From contig JAQFVV010000008.1 in assembly GCA_028023455.1 (NCBI GenBank), positions 6,944,001 to 7,008,000 on the forward strand: a DNA stretch of 64,000 nucleotides, written 5' to 3'. Numbering within the stretch: the stretch's first letter is position 1; every line of letters starts with the position of its first letter. The position numbers and the translations under genes were made by a program. Source of the DNA: Epiperipatus broadwayi. Lineage: Eukaryota; Animalia; Onychophora. Shown here one piece after another: positions 26,023 through 38,596 of the stretch. Below the pieces are notes generated by a model, which had not been told where the DNA came from, did no database searches, and saw only the letters and a list, made by a program, of their open reading frames with translations.

Positions 26023-26460
26023 TGTAAATAAGCATTTATTTTTATATAGCGCTGTATTTACAATTGTATTACATTCAAATATCAGCCTTTCAAGCTAATT
26101 GTGCACACACTTTGCGAGTGTTAATAATAAATGAATAACACAGCGCTATATAAAAATAAATGCTTATTTACATATGATTAAGTTTCAGTTAGATTGTCAT
26201 TTAGTAAATTCTAGACAATTTCACCGATGTCATTCATTCAGACATCGTAAGTCTTAATTTAAAGTGAGTGGTCTTTTCTCACGCTTTCCTTGCTAGTACT
26301 TCAGATTTGCTCATATATAAGCATTTGAGTTGTAGGAATAGGTGGATTCATTTTATTCCTGCATAAATACTATATCTTGTATTAGAGGGAAAGTATTCAT
26401 TTATTATTAACACTCGCAAAGTGCGTGCACAATTAGCTTGAAAGGCTGATATTTGAATGT
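26023..26460. mobile_element. 438-bp insertion with Penelope-type 5'-inverted structure and 9-bp TSD
   Basis: AAGAAGACC on both flanks (26014-26022, 26461-26469); 26023-26055 is the reverse complement of 26139-26171, and 26069-26137 of 26394-26462. Confidence 0.75.
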
Positions 26461-27126
26461 AAGAAGACCAGTAGTAAAAAATGTGTTTAATTATATGTAT
26501 GCAAAAGCTCAATAAAATGGTTTTAGTGATACACGCATACTATAGAAGAGGTTCTACATATAGAGACTGTCTTCCTAGAAGATAAATGCTTAATTTCACT
26601 CATCTATATATTTATTATTATTATTTTATTATAATAAACTCATATTTAATTTTACTTGTTTGTTCATATTTCTTTATAATAGTGACTATAGGGATGTCTA
26701 TTTATGTATCATGAATTAATTTTGATTTCAACATTCTTTCTTTACCCTCTGTAGTTTTTTTATTTTTATCTTGGATTTTTTTTTTTTTTGCTGTGTCTAT
26801 AATTAGAATAGGCATACGTGATTTAAGAATACCAGCAAGCTATGATGATATTTTTGGAAGGAAATTTGGTAAGATCACTTTTCCTCATTTTTGTATTATC
26901 TTTCATTTGTGAATATCTTCTTTTTTTTTTTTTACTATTTCACAAAACAAATTTTTATATTCTTAGTAATATTTTTTAGTATTTTTATTAAGAATACTTT
27001 CTATTATTATAATAAGAATATAAAAAGTTAAAATTAGATACCTATTTTAAAAAAAATCACAAATGAAAACTAATATAATAAAAAGAACTATTTATCAAAT
27101 TGACTTTCACAAATGCAATGATATAT

Positions 27127-27265
27127 ATATAAAATGTCAAATCACTCTCCCAAGGGCATTATGTTACCTCTTATCCAGGCTGTTTGAAATTCAGATTTTA
27201 TCTTTATTCACAAGGTAGTGTTGCTGAAAAAACAAAATTTGGGAGAATGACTTGACATTTTATAT
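27127..27265. mobile_element. Small MITE (~139 bp)
   Basis: Imperfect ~26-bp TIRs TAAAATGTCAAATCACTCTCCCA / TGGGAGAATGACTTGACATTTTA in TA-rich flanks. Confidence 0.55.
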
Positions 27266-27299
27266 TTAAATTTTCAGCTAGCAATATTCACCGAGTCCA

Positions 27300-28258
27300 T
27301 TGGATCATCAAGTATAGATCCAGAATATTGCCATATTTCAAAGAATATTTATGAAAATGCAACAGCAACAATTAGATTACATAATGATACTAGGAAAGTC
27401 AACATTGAGATGGGTATAAGACAGGGTGACTCCATATCTCCAAAACTTTTTACAGCAGTGCTGCAAGAAAAATTTTGTGGATTAAAATGGGAAGCTAAAG
27501 GAGTGAAAGTAAATGGTGATTATTTAAGTCATTTAGATTTTGTAGATGATGTAGTTGTTTTTGAAAATAATGCTTTACAGCTGCAGGAAATGTTGCAGGA
27601 GTTATCAGATGAAAGTAGGACTAAAGATAAATGTTAAAAAGACTAAAGTAATGTTCTATGGATTTTCTCAGAATATGAAAAGATTTGATTATAATTAGTT
27701 AGAAGAAGTTAACAGCTACAAATACCTTGGCCAGATGGAAACATAAGGGATGAAATTAATCATAGAATTAAACTTGGTTGGAGTACTTTTGGTAGAAATA
27801 ACTTGATGCTAAAAGAAAATATGCCTATGTGTTTGAAAAGGAAGGTTTTTAATACATGTGTTTTACAGTTCTTACTTATTGATCTGAGACTTGAACACTT
27901 AATAGAAAAGCAATGCAGAGACTTCAGATCACTCAAAGAAGTATGGAGAGATGCATGTTAGGAGTGACAAGAAGAGGGTAAGAGAACAAACAGGTGTTAC
28001 TGACATTAAAAAAATTAAAAGACTGAAGTGAAGTTGGACTGCACATATTGCTAGAAGAGATGATAATAGATTTGACAATTGAAATCTTAATCTAGATTCC
28101 AAGAGATTGTAAAAGACTCAGAAACAGACCACCTATTAGATGGATGGATAAAATAATAAAGTGTGATGTGGGGAAGAGAAGCTAAAGATTGGAGTAGATG
28201 GATTGAACTTGAAGAGACCTTCATCCTGCAATGGATTGATAATGGTTGGTGATGATGA
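27300..28258 (+). mobile_element. 5'-truncated RTE-clade LINE (RT C-terminal half), decayed
   Basis: IYENATATIRL...GIRQGDSISPKLF, GVKVNGDYLSHLDFVDDVV, YKYLG, later KW-WT-HI-R motif; ends with the (TGA)n tail typical of RTE. Confidence 0.9.
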
Positions 28259-28339
28259 ATTGGTAAATCCAGGTCTCTTTCAAGAAAAATTATTCAAGAT
28301 CATCAACAAGAGTTCATTCCACAAAATTATTAAGAAGTT

Positions 28340-28520
28340 CATTAATCATTTAGCTGTTAGGAGCCACATATAATAATAACCTTTGAGTAGAAGTTTGTGT
28401 CCACTTCCCCTTTGCCATCCAAGCGGAGTGCAAGTTTGGAATCCCAATGTACTTTGTGAACTGCTGCTCATCTGAAGTCTACTGGACAATCTATGTGCTG
28501 ATAATCCTGCAATATCCTAT
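28340..28520 (-). pseudogene. Fragment of a DDE transposase of the arthropod 'VHWDGKL' type
   Basis: Translation DYQHIDCPVDFR*AAVHKVHWDSKLALRLDGKGEVDT resembles VVHWDGKLLPDLTGKEKVDR, a motif I recall from arthropod transposon proteins; in-frame stop. Confidence 0.45.
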
Positions 28521-30446
28521 GTATCTAGCATGTTAACTGTATATGCCTTCCTTCAAAAAATAAAAAAACTGCCTAGTCAATTATGCCACTCTCAGTTGTA
28601 TGCTATTCCAAAGAACCAGCGTCTCTCCATAATAACAAATTAACTATTAATAACCAATAAAAAGGCAATTCAGACCAAATGAATGTAAATTGCACCATGA
28701 AAGCGATATGTCATTATATCTACATACTGCTTTTCATACCTTGCCATGTTTTTAAAATCCTTCACAAAGATAGTTGTAGAAATATTGAATTCATGCCATG
28801 AGACATCTGCAATTTTGAAAGACTGGTAAAACTTCACCATTCATATACATTTGGTATTCCCTTTTTATTTTTAATATTTTAATTTATTTATTTTTTGTTA
28901 TATTTTTCTTTAGTGTTATGTGCTACTTTCATATTTTCATTATACATATAATTAAAATAACCTATAGCTGTTCAAGAATGATTGAATATATTACATATAC
29001 ATATGTGCAAGATTTAGGTATTGAACGATAACATGATGAAAGACTCTTTTGTAAAAAAATATTTTCATTTCTTAAATTCCTAGAATCATTCCCTCCCCCC
29101 CCCCAGAAAACTAATTAATCAAAAATGCAGTCACTTCAAACCCCCCTCTTCCTCATCTGGCTCAAAGATTTTATTTTTCTATAATATAATCGGTCAAGCA
29201 TTTCGATTCGGCCTTTTAACAAATATAAATTGAATTAATTTTAAAAACAATACATACGTCATTTAATTTGCAGTAGTCTTGATAACTTAAGGGCAATTTT
29301 TGAATAAATATTTAGGTATGATTATACATCTAAATCGCAGACCTCTTGAGCTATCATATAGATATTATATTTTTTAATATGTGTGAGTACAATCTTTAGG
29401 GTGGACCTTCAGTTAAGCAGTGATTATTAGAATCTTTTACCATTTATGAGTATTGAATGAACTGATTAGGCCTTAATTTAGCCAAGTAAAGTAATGTGTT
29501 ACTGCTTGTGCGAACATATGATGTGGCTACTTGTGCTTTTTTTAACAATCACATAATTTCCAGGTTTTCATAATTAAGAATTACTTATTGCTCATTTCTT
29601 CTTTATTTAAATTGTGTTGCTGGATTATTTATGTATTTTTTTTATTAATTTGCATATTTATTCTTCAAGCTGATGATCGTTCTTGCTTTATGGAAATGGA
29701 TTGGCTGAGTATTCTCTAGGTATGGTCATACCAAGGCAGACATATTTCATATTTTCATAATTGGATAATCTTCAGTTATTATTATCATTACAGACAAATT
29801 TTTCTGTGTGATAATGATCAAGTTTGTTAAGTTATATGAACAGATGTCTCTTCCTGCTTCATATAACCTTCTGATCCAATGAAATTCTTGGGTATGGTCT
29901 CACCAAGACATCTCTGTTTCATCATCAGATAAACTTCTGTTTTGCCTAACTTAGCCCCACGTTCAGCATTTTCTAAATGTATTTTTAAAGCTTGATATTA
30001 CAATCGTGTCACCAGTCATAGTTCTAAGTCAATGCCAGTCATTTATTAATAATTGTGATTTTAGTATATATAAATAAATACTTCCAGCTACACTGCTTAA
30101 TTTAAAAAGTAATTAATAATTATATTTTTGTAGAATGTCCACTCTGGGGATTATTAAAACATATGAAGGCTATAGTCTCTTGATGGTATAAAGCTAATTC
30201 ATTTTTTTAACCTGTAAGAAATGCAATAGAATCTTAGGTTTGAATCTAGACCTAATATTAGCCAGATATGAACATTTAATTCCTTTATTCTATTTTAATA
30301 CACTGTACAGGCTTGCACACACCTGCACATATATAATGTAATATATAAGGGATTCGAACTCAGACTTTCACATGACCCTCAGCTTTCCATGCCATCTCCT
30401 ATTGTTGACCCACTTGATCATACACATGTTGAAAAGATAAATAATC

Positions 30447-30492
30447 ACCAATATATGTGTATTCCATGCTAAGCCAGCAATCATCAGTTGGT
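30447..30492 (-). ncRNA. Minimal type I hammerhead motif (damaged GAAA box)
   Basis: accaa CTGATGA ttgct-ggctt-agcat gGAAt acaca TA ttggt. Confidence 0.55.
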
Positions 30493-30940
30493 CCAGGTTA
30501 CTATCTCCACACATATATACAATCAGTACTCAGCTTTATATTAAGATAGCCAATCTTCATACTTTAATGGACAGGCTTCAAACTACTCCAACCCACAACT
30601 CTTAAGCCATCCATTTCATTGAAAATCTAATGATAGAATGTTCAAAGCCTACATTAGTGCCAAGGTTGTCATCCTACCCATGTTGACCATTTAGTCATTC
30701 TGATACCTCGTGTACTGGGGAATAATCCATTTACATACATATGTTAGCAATTGACTGATCTTTAATGCACTATGTTTTTTAATATGTAAATTAATACACT
30801 ATACAGGTTTACATACACCTGCACACATATAATGTAATATAAGGATTCAAACTCAAGACATTCACATGACCCTCAGCTCTCCATGCTATCTCATATTGCT
30901 GACCCACTTGATCATATACATGTTGAAAAAATAAATAATC

Positions 30941-30984
30941 ACCAATATATGTATTTCATGCTAAACCAGCAATCATCAGTTGGT
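30941..30984 (-). ncRNA. Minimal type I hammerhead ribozyme motif, core intact
   Basis: ACCAA CTGATGA t-TGCT-ggttt-AGCA-t GAAA t-acat-a TA TTGGT: 5-bp stem I, 4-bp stem II, AUA triplet; the 10.1-11.1 pair is U/U. Confidence 0.7.
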
Positions 30985-32068
30985 CCAGATTACTATTTCC
31001 ACATATATATACAATCAGTGCTCAGCTTTATATTAAGATAGCCAATCTTCACACTTTAATGGACAGGTTTCAAACTACTCCAACCTACAACTCTTTAGCC
31101 ATCCATTTCATTGAAAATCTGATGATGGAATGTTCAAAGCCCACATTAGTGCCAAGGTTGCCATGCTACCTATGTTGACAATTTTGTGTTTAATGTTACT
31201 AATAAGTATATATACACATTACCTCTCACATTTGTGACTTATTTACCACAATTTTTAGTTTTAAGAGACTCTTATATCTCTCTGACTTCAGCAGGATGTA
31301 AGAAAAGGGTATATATATTAACCTCGGATGTGGTAATCATGTGGAAATTGTTCTGGGGGCATGGGTAATGGGTTTGACTTTGTATTATTTATGGTAATGC
31401 TTATATTGATGTTATAAACAAATATGTGTTAGTGTTCATTGCTTAGTTCTTAAGATTAGTTTTGCTGTCTACATGTATCTGACCATTACACTATAAATCA
31501 ACAGATCTATTAAGAACCAAGTATTACATTTATCATATTTATATTTTGTCAAGGTTTGCAATTAAATATTTTTTAAATTCTGTTTCTCATTTTTATGTAC
31601 AAGATAGAAATTACAATTTTTAGTGGACAATAAAAAAACAAATATTTAGAAAATGATAAAGATAGCAACAAAGAAGATATATATTTGTATGTGGTAAAAC
31701 AACTTTTAATACCACTACCCTTACATGTTTATAATGGGGTGGTAACAACATATAATGAATTGCATAAAATTTCAGTTTGAGTATGGGGATCAAAAGTGTA
31801 AAAAAATTGTTCACCATTGATTTAGACATTTGGTATATAGTTTTGTAAATATTTTTTTTTTATTTTTTCACACATTTCTCTTAAGACATCAATAATAATT
31901 CTAACATTTCCTGAGTTTTTCCTTCTGATTTAATTGCATCCTTCACTTTTTCATTTAAAATGTTTGGTAATTCAAAAGATAAATCAATTATAATGACCAT
32001 TTTATTTTATTAATCTTTAATATTATATAATTTCTTGAAAAACATTTTCACATATTTCATGATGTTAA

Positions 32069-32163
32069 AAACAATGAGGATTGCCAATTCCTCAACAAGC
32101 TTTGTGATAAATTCTTAGCATTTATCACAAAGCTTGTTGAAGAATTGGCAATCCTCATTGTTT
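32069..32163. repeat. Long inverted repeat: 44-bp stem, 7-nt loop, one mismatch
   Basis: aaacaatgaggattgccaattcctcaacaagctttgtgataaat-tcttagc-atttatcacaaagcttgttgaagaattggcaatcctcattgttt. Confidence 0.9.
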
Positions 32164-34611
32164 ACAACTTACAAGCTTAAGAGAATCGGGTCATGTGATC
32201 TATGACACTTATTTCATGATGATTCTCTTTTTAATAATAATTCCATTTTTTTATTGTTAAAACAATTTTTGTTTCAGTACTAAGATATTGCTTTATATTT
32301 TTGAAAATTTTATTTTCTTCTATATCTTTTTTTGGCAATTCATAGATATTTTCTTCTGTCATTAATAATTTTTTCATATTGTTTTATAGAACTCCAAATA
32401 TTTCATTGTTTTTAATAGATCATTTTTAAATATTTTAATATTTCTTTTTTTTTCTTTGTTCATATTCACTGGTGATTTGCTATTTTTTGTATCACCTTTC
32501 TTTGTTGCAGTTCTTAGAGGTGTATGAGTTATCTTCTTATTGATATCAGTTAAATTTGAATCATCTTCAATTAATTAAACTATTAGCAAGCTTTATTTTA
32601 AATTCATTGGAATGATTCTAAAGATTTGGAATATCTATTGTTAATACTGTATTGTCTTTTTTTATAGTTTTCATATATCTAGATTTATATCAACATATAT
32701 TTTACATATTGAAAATTACTTCCTGTATTGAATCTTTTGAGAATATTACAATCTTGAAATACTTAATTTTAGTTAGTCAAGCTGTAATCCAATTCTATTG
32801 GAACTTCATTTAGATATTTCTATATCCATTTTCATTCAGTATTGTTCTTAAAGAAATAATTCCTAATATACATTTATTTTTCTGAAAATTCCACGTGTCT
32901 ATGTGTTCTTGCTCATTTCTATCACCATAACCAAATTTATCCACAGTACTTTTATCTTTCAAATTTTTTTTTAATTCTAGCATTAATGTCTTTCCATGAC
33001 AATTTTAAAATGTTTGATGTTGAAAGCATTTTATATGTCTATGTAAAAATGTTCTATCTCTTCATCACAAATGAAAAATTGTCAAAGCATAAACTTGAAT
33101 TATTTACATTTGGTATTCTTTCAACTTTGCCTCTCTATTGATATATCATCGATTTCCACATTGTTGTTCTTTCACTTTTTAGTTATAATAAATCTTACTC
33201 CATTTGTGCTTTCAATATTTACATCTTTGTAGTAAAGTATATATCCACTTTGTAAATCATTTTACTTTTCACCACTTTTTTCTAACTTCACAAAGTTTGA
33301 TAATGTTTCAGTCAATATTGAATAGTTTTTCTAATACATGTAATCTTACTTCATTCAAAATTGATCAGTAATTGTACATAGCTAAATAAAAGGGCATTTC
33401 AAATGGCAGTCTAAATCTGCAATGAGGACACATTTAGCCTCCATTCACCCCTTAGGCTGATGAGATTATAGTCTTTTAGAAGTAAGGATCATAATTTAAT
33501 TTGTCTATCATTGTAAATGTCTTATTTAAAACATTATTCACATATATATTCATCTTGCCTTCAAGAAAACTCAACTGATGTTTCATAAATGAACTATCAG
33601 GCAACTGAGAAGAAAGGCCATGGTGATTTTTGTCTTAAACTCATTGCTAAAAGAACTACTAAACTCACCATATGGGTTGATGCTTATTGGTGAGTAGTCT
33701 GTCTATATTTGCTCACATTGCAATTACAAGAATATAAAAATTGTTCTTAGTAATTTGTCTCACTCATTTCCTTGCTCTCCTGTCAGTTTATAGCAAATAA
33801 TATAAAAATACTCACAATTGAAAGATAATTTCTATTTATCTTTAATATTAAAGGAAATTGTCAATAAATTAATTACCTCAGTTTCAAAATAATCAATCAA
33901 AAGTCTCTTTGAATCTTTGTTTAATTTCAGTAAATTCATAAAAAAATCTTTATACCACTGAACAATATTTTATGACTTATATATTCTCCTCAATAGAGAC
34001 CTTATAATAGCTGCATGGATTTTTATTAACTATTTCTGAAATGTTTTCATCACCTTCTAACTCTGGAATTATTTAATAAAATTTAAAGTAAGGTCTCCTT
34101 CCAAGAAACTATTACTTCTTAACATATAACTATTTTTAATAAGCAATCTGTAAATTAATTAAATTGCTAAAAAAAAAAAAAACTATCTTTTAGTATTATT
34201 ATCAACTATTATCATCCAATCAAGATTAGTCTTCTTTTTTGTAAATAAAACACTTTTATTAGATTTATCAGAATAATCTATAATAATTTAAACAGTACAA
34301 AATCGCTTTCTTCTGAATAAATGGATGATAACTATCAGATCTTATAATATGTTTAGTCTTATTTTTTCTTAATAAAATGATTTCAATATAAAATTCCAGC
34401 ACTTTTATTTCTTATAACAATCAGATTTTAAAATGTTAATTCATTAAAATCCAAAATACTACCCTAATTACAGTAACTTTAATAGCATAGTCAGTGCTAA
34501 TCAAAAACTTCTCCAACTTAATCTTATAAATAATCAATCATTATTAATCACATCACTTTCTTAACAAATTAATATACACAGAAAATAAAATAATCAATTG
34601 TCCAATCTTTT

Positions 34612-34717
34612 TTTTTTTTAAAGTGTCATATCATCGGCCAGGACGCGAACCCGCAACCTGGCAACTGCTTGCAAGTGCAAGGCAGTCGCGCTGACCTCTC
34701 GACCACCAATGCAAGAC
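34612..34717 (-). mobile_element. Young tRNA-derived SINE (~105 bp) with poly(A) tail and TSD
   Basis: A-box TGGTCGAGAGG, B-box GGTTCGCGTCC, A-tail, direct repeat GTCCAATCTTTT at 34600 and 34718, CpGs retained. Confidence 0.9.
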
Positions 34718-35037
34718 GTCCAATCTTTTTAATTTTATAAAACATATGATTATACTTAAACTACATTGAATCTTTTAACAACAAAAACAAATCAAAAATA
34801 ACCTTAATCTTAACAACAGAACTCTTACTCCCATTTAAAAAAGAAATTCATCAATACATCTTAATCATATTAAAATCTTTAATAGAATACACAACAATAT
34901 TAATAAATTTTTTTAGTCATTCATTAGACTAGAGATTATCTTCTTAATGAATAATATTTATGTAGTATTTTTTTCACTACACCTCTCTCATGCAAGGTAG
35001 AGACAAATTTCTATCCACTTTTATAGATATATGATCC

Positions 35038-35079
35038 CCAAGATGCACATTTAGTACTGAACCAGCACTCATTAGTTGA
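35038..35079 (-). ncRNA. Minimal type I hammerhead motif (decayed)
   Basis: tcaa CTAATGA GTGCT-ggttc-AGTAC TAAA tgtgca TC ttgg. Confidence 0.65.
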
Positions 35080-35118
35080 TCCAGGTCACAATCTCTTACA
35101 TGTCTTCATCATTTCTCA

Positions 35119-35120
35119 CA

Positions 35121-35166
<46 letters not shown>

Positions 35167-35197
35167 TTCTCTCTCTCTATATATATATATATATAGA
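35119..35197. repeat. Compound (CT)n(AT)n microsatellite
   Basis: Two runs of ctctct followed by atatat, inside the hammerhead repeat. Confidence 0.9.
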
Positions 35198-36013
35198 TAG
35201 CCAATTACTACAATTTAATTGATAAGTGTCAAACTGAATGCCCTCACAATTTTGACATAAACCATTAATTGGAAGTATATTAATAATTTTTATTAGTCAT
35301 TCTTTAACCTAGAAATTATCCACTTAATGAATAATATTTCTATAGTGTAATTTTCACTACACCACTCTCACACAAAATAGGGACTGGTTTTTATCTACTT
35401 TTAACACTTTGTGGAGGGATGTAATCATAAACATATGACCAAAGACATACACTTTGACACAAATCATTAATTGGAAATATATTAATATTTTTTATTAGTC
35501 ATCAAGTTCCTAAGTTACATGAGAGTGGTGTAGTGAAAATTACCATACAGAAATATTATTCATTAAGTGGATAATCTCTAGTCTAATGAATGATTAATAA
35601 AAAGTATTAATATATTTCCAATTAGTGGTTTGTATCAAAATTGTGAGGGCAGTAAGTTTGAAACTTATCAATTAAATGGTAATTTGGTATCAAAATTGTG
35701 AGGGCAGTAAGTTTGACACTTATCAATTAAATGGTAATTTGGAAAGTTTTTTTTCTTCTGCTAATTGTAATTTATATATATTATGTTTTTAATTGTTTGT
35801 AAAAGAAAAGATTATTCAATGCTATGATGCCGGCCTTAGTGGTCGAAAGCATGCCCATCAAGTTTTAAAGAGTTTAATACTGAATAATCTTTTCTTTTTT
35901 AAATGTTAAAAGTGTTATGTATATATATATATACATTACTATTAAACTGTAGTAATTGGCTATCTATATATATTGAACAATGATAATGATATTGTAAGAT
36001 ATTGTCATCTGGG

Positions 36014-36055
36014 CTAACTGATGAGTGCTGGTTCAGCATGAAATGCACATATTGG
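36014..36055 (+). ncRNA. Minimal type I hammerhead ribozyme, best-preserved copy
   Basis: CTAA CTGATGA GTGCT-ggttc-AGCAT GAAA t-gcac-a TA TTGG: all core bases present, G.U at 10.1-11.1, AUA triplet. Confidence 0.8.
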
Positions 36056-36373
36056 GGATCATACATCTTTTTCATATGTCTTTGGTAATATGTTTATGAT
36101 TACACATCTTCATAAAGTGATAAAAATAGATGTAAACCAGTCCCTATCTTGTGTGAGAGTCGTATAGTGAAAATTACCCTACAGAAATATTATTCATTAA
36201 ATGAATAATTTCTAGTTTGATAACTGATTAATAAAAATTATTAATATATTTCCAATTAGTGGGGTGTGTCAAAGTTGGGGGTAGAAAGCTTGACATTTAT
36301 TAATTAAACCATAGTAATTAGCTTTCATTATATATTGAACAATGTTAAAGATGTGTAAGAAATTATAATCTGG

Positions 36374-36415
36374 CCAACTGATGAATGCTGGCTCAGCACA
36401 AAATGTGCATCTTGG
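36374..36415 (+). ncRNA. Minimal type I hammerhead motif (G12 to A)
   Basis: CCAA CTGATGA atgct-ggctc-agcac AAAA t-gtgc-a TC TTGG. Confidence 0.7.
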
Positions 36416-38596
36416 GAGATCATACATGTTTTTCACATGTCTTTGGTCATATGTTAATGGTTACACCCTCCACAAGGTGTTAAAACTGATAGAAACCAGT
36501 CCCTACTTTGCTTGAGAGTGGTGTAGTGAAAATTACACTACAAAAATATTAAGATATAATAATCATTTTAAATCAATATATTCTTTCAAAAACTTGTAAC
36601 AAAAATACAATAAAACCAAGCAAACAAACAAATACAGAATTTTTTTAAAACCATAAAATGTCCTTCATAAATAACAAACTTAAAAGTAAGAAATATAATA
36701 CTGCATAATACCAAACTCATAAAGTAATTAAACATGAAATAAAATAGCATTAATTAACAAATTAAATTTAATAAAAAAATTCTTACAACCTATAAGAACA
36801 AATGGACATCGGGTGAAAACACCTTTTAAAGCTAATTAAAAATCCTATTAAAGCCATGGTCTCATGTTCAAAATAATTAAAGAAGTCACTTTGACTCTAC
36901 TTTAAAATTTATTCTTAAAAGACTATCTTCGCATCATTGCACAATATTTTATGGTTCACATCATATTCACAATCTATTAAGCTGAACTAAGTTATTTATT
37001 CTTAGCTAATTTTAGGAATTTTAATACATTTACTCTCCTCAACATACACTTTAAAATAACTACATGAAATTTTGTAAATTTCCTGAAATTCTTTTATCTT
37101 TAGAATTACTTAACAACGAATTTAAAATAAGTCCTCCCAATTCTTTTAACCATTTCTTCACCATCAACAAGGTTTAATCTTTAAGATGGGTAAGTATGTG
37201 ATGATTTTTGTGAGGTCGGTTTAATGTATCTTTACATTCCCCTCACCCACTTAATGCATTAAAATAAATATAATTATTTTAATTCTCAAGTTTATTTTTT
37301 TTGTAGTTGGTGTATTTAGTGATCTTTAGATTTCTTGTTATTTCAGGTTAAATTTTATTTCAGTCTTCTCTTTCTTAAATTGATGGTTTAGTGAATACGT
37401 TGGTATGTTCATGGTTAGTTAGGGATCTGGTCATTATTAGGTATAAGTATCTTCTGCAGATATATTAGACATGTGCATGTGTCTAATAGCATTAATCATG
37501 CTCTTATGTGAGGCTTATTAGATATGTTTTAATGCTATTTGAACAGTTGAGTATTCTTTTCTACCTGAATGGGGAACTCATTGATTTGATCAGTCCTAAG
37601 GTATTCTGTTGCTTGAATTTTAGCATTTCTATTGATCCCAGTATTTTACACACATAAAAAAAAATTTTTGGGTGGTTGCTTAAAAAAAGTTTTTTCTTTG
37701 TTGGCACTTTCTCTTTTCATTCTTATTTTAACATGATGTAATCTTATTTTATACCTATTAGAGGATTAGTTGTGTGAGGACATTACTTTGTTTTTCCTCA
37801 GTAAAGTTTTAGTATTCGGGCATTGTTGGTGCCACAGATTTCACCCCTGCAATCCAGCCAATATGTGTTCGGGTCTGTGCATTTGACAATAGTGAAGGAT
37901 CCATCATAAGAGTTCCAGAATTTATGGAATATGAACTTTTGTAGTGATGTTTTTACAAACATCATGTCACCTACTTTGAATTGGTAGTCTGTTTTTATTT
38001 TATTTTTATTGTGTTTATGGGCTATACCTGATATCTTTTCATATGCTTCTCTCTGATCTCTTTCTGTGTCTATAGGTGGTTTTGTAATTGTTGGTATATA
38101 TTTTTGAAACAGAATTGAGATATTTTGGTTCAATTGTAGTCTAATGCAATGGATTTGTTAATACTCCAATTTATGTAGTTGACTACATGCTATGTGTGCT
38201 TTACCCATCCTTTATGCCTATTCTTTAAATAAGTCCTGAACAAACATCTGAGTTTCCACATTACACGTTAACATGGGTTTGATTGTGGATTTCTAATAGT
38301 GGTAAGCATGTGTTTTATTTTGGTGCTTATCTACCCATTTATTCCATTCTTAGGATAGGAGAGGGATACCATGATCCATTAAGATTGTTTCTGGCTTTCC
38401 TATCTCTTTGAAATGGATGGTTCTAATACTTTGATGGTATATCTAGTATTAGCTTGGGGTATAGGGCAAGCTGAAATGAATTTTGAAATGAGATTATAAA
38501 CTACTAACAAATACTTTTGTTTATTTGATGGAGGTAAATGTCCATAAAAATCTATAGCTAAGATCTCATTTGGTCTTTCTGGTATGATAGATCTTA

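Larger units (their letters stand above)
30296..31183 (-). mobile_element. Tandem ~492-bp repeat, each unit with a hammerhead motif (retrozyme-like)
   Basis: Units ~30296-30695 and ~30793-31183, roughly 85-90% alike by eye; hammerhead cores 492 bp apart. Confidence 0.75.
34905..36550. mobile_element. Cluster of a 360-bp hammerhead-bearing monomer: ~1.5 copies on minus (34905-35450), partial plus copy (35520-35745), tandem plus copies (35940-36550)
   Basis: Plus cores at 36018 and 36378 (360 bp apart); shared flanking blocks (GAGAGTGGTGTAGTGAAAATTAC, CCAGTCCCTA, TTTCCAATTAGTGG) recur in both orientations. Confidence 0.85.

Noticed and set aside
28380-28500. In-frame TGA within a protein-like frame, possible selenocysteine
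   Set aside because: Peptide matches a transposase-type HWDxKL motif, CGA>TGA decay is the simpler explanation, and no SECIS was seen.
29660-29945. CTGAAGA...GAAATATGTC and CTGATGA-T-GAAAC motifs on minus in a diverged ~190-bp repeat
   Set aside because: Stem II is absent or unpaired and stem I does not close; possibly an ancient ribozyme relic but not supportable.
32860-32960. TVDKFGYGDRN peptide on minus resembling an RTE endonuclease motif
   Set aside because: Single short motif in very decayed sequence; too weak to delimit an element.
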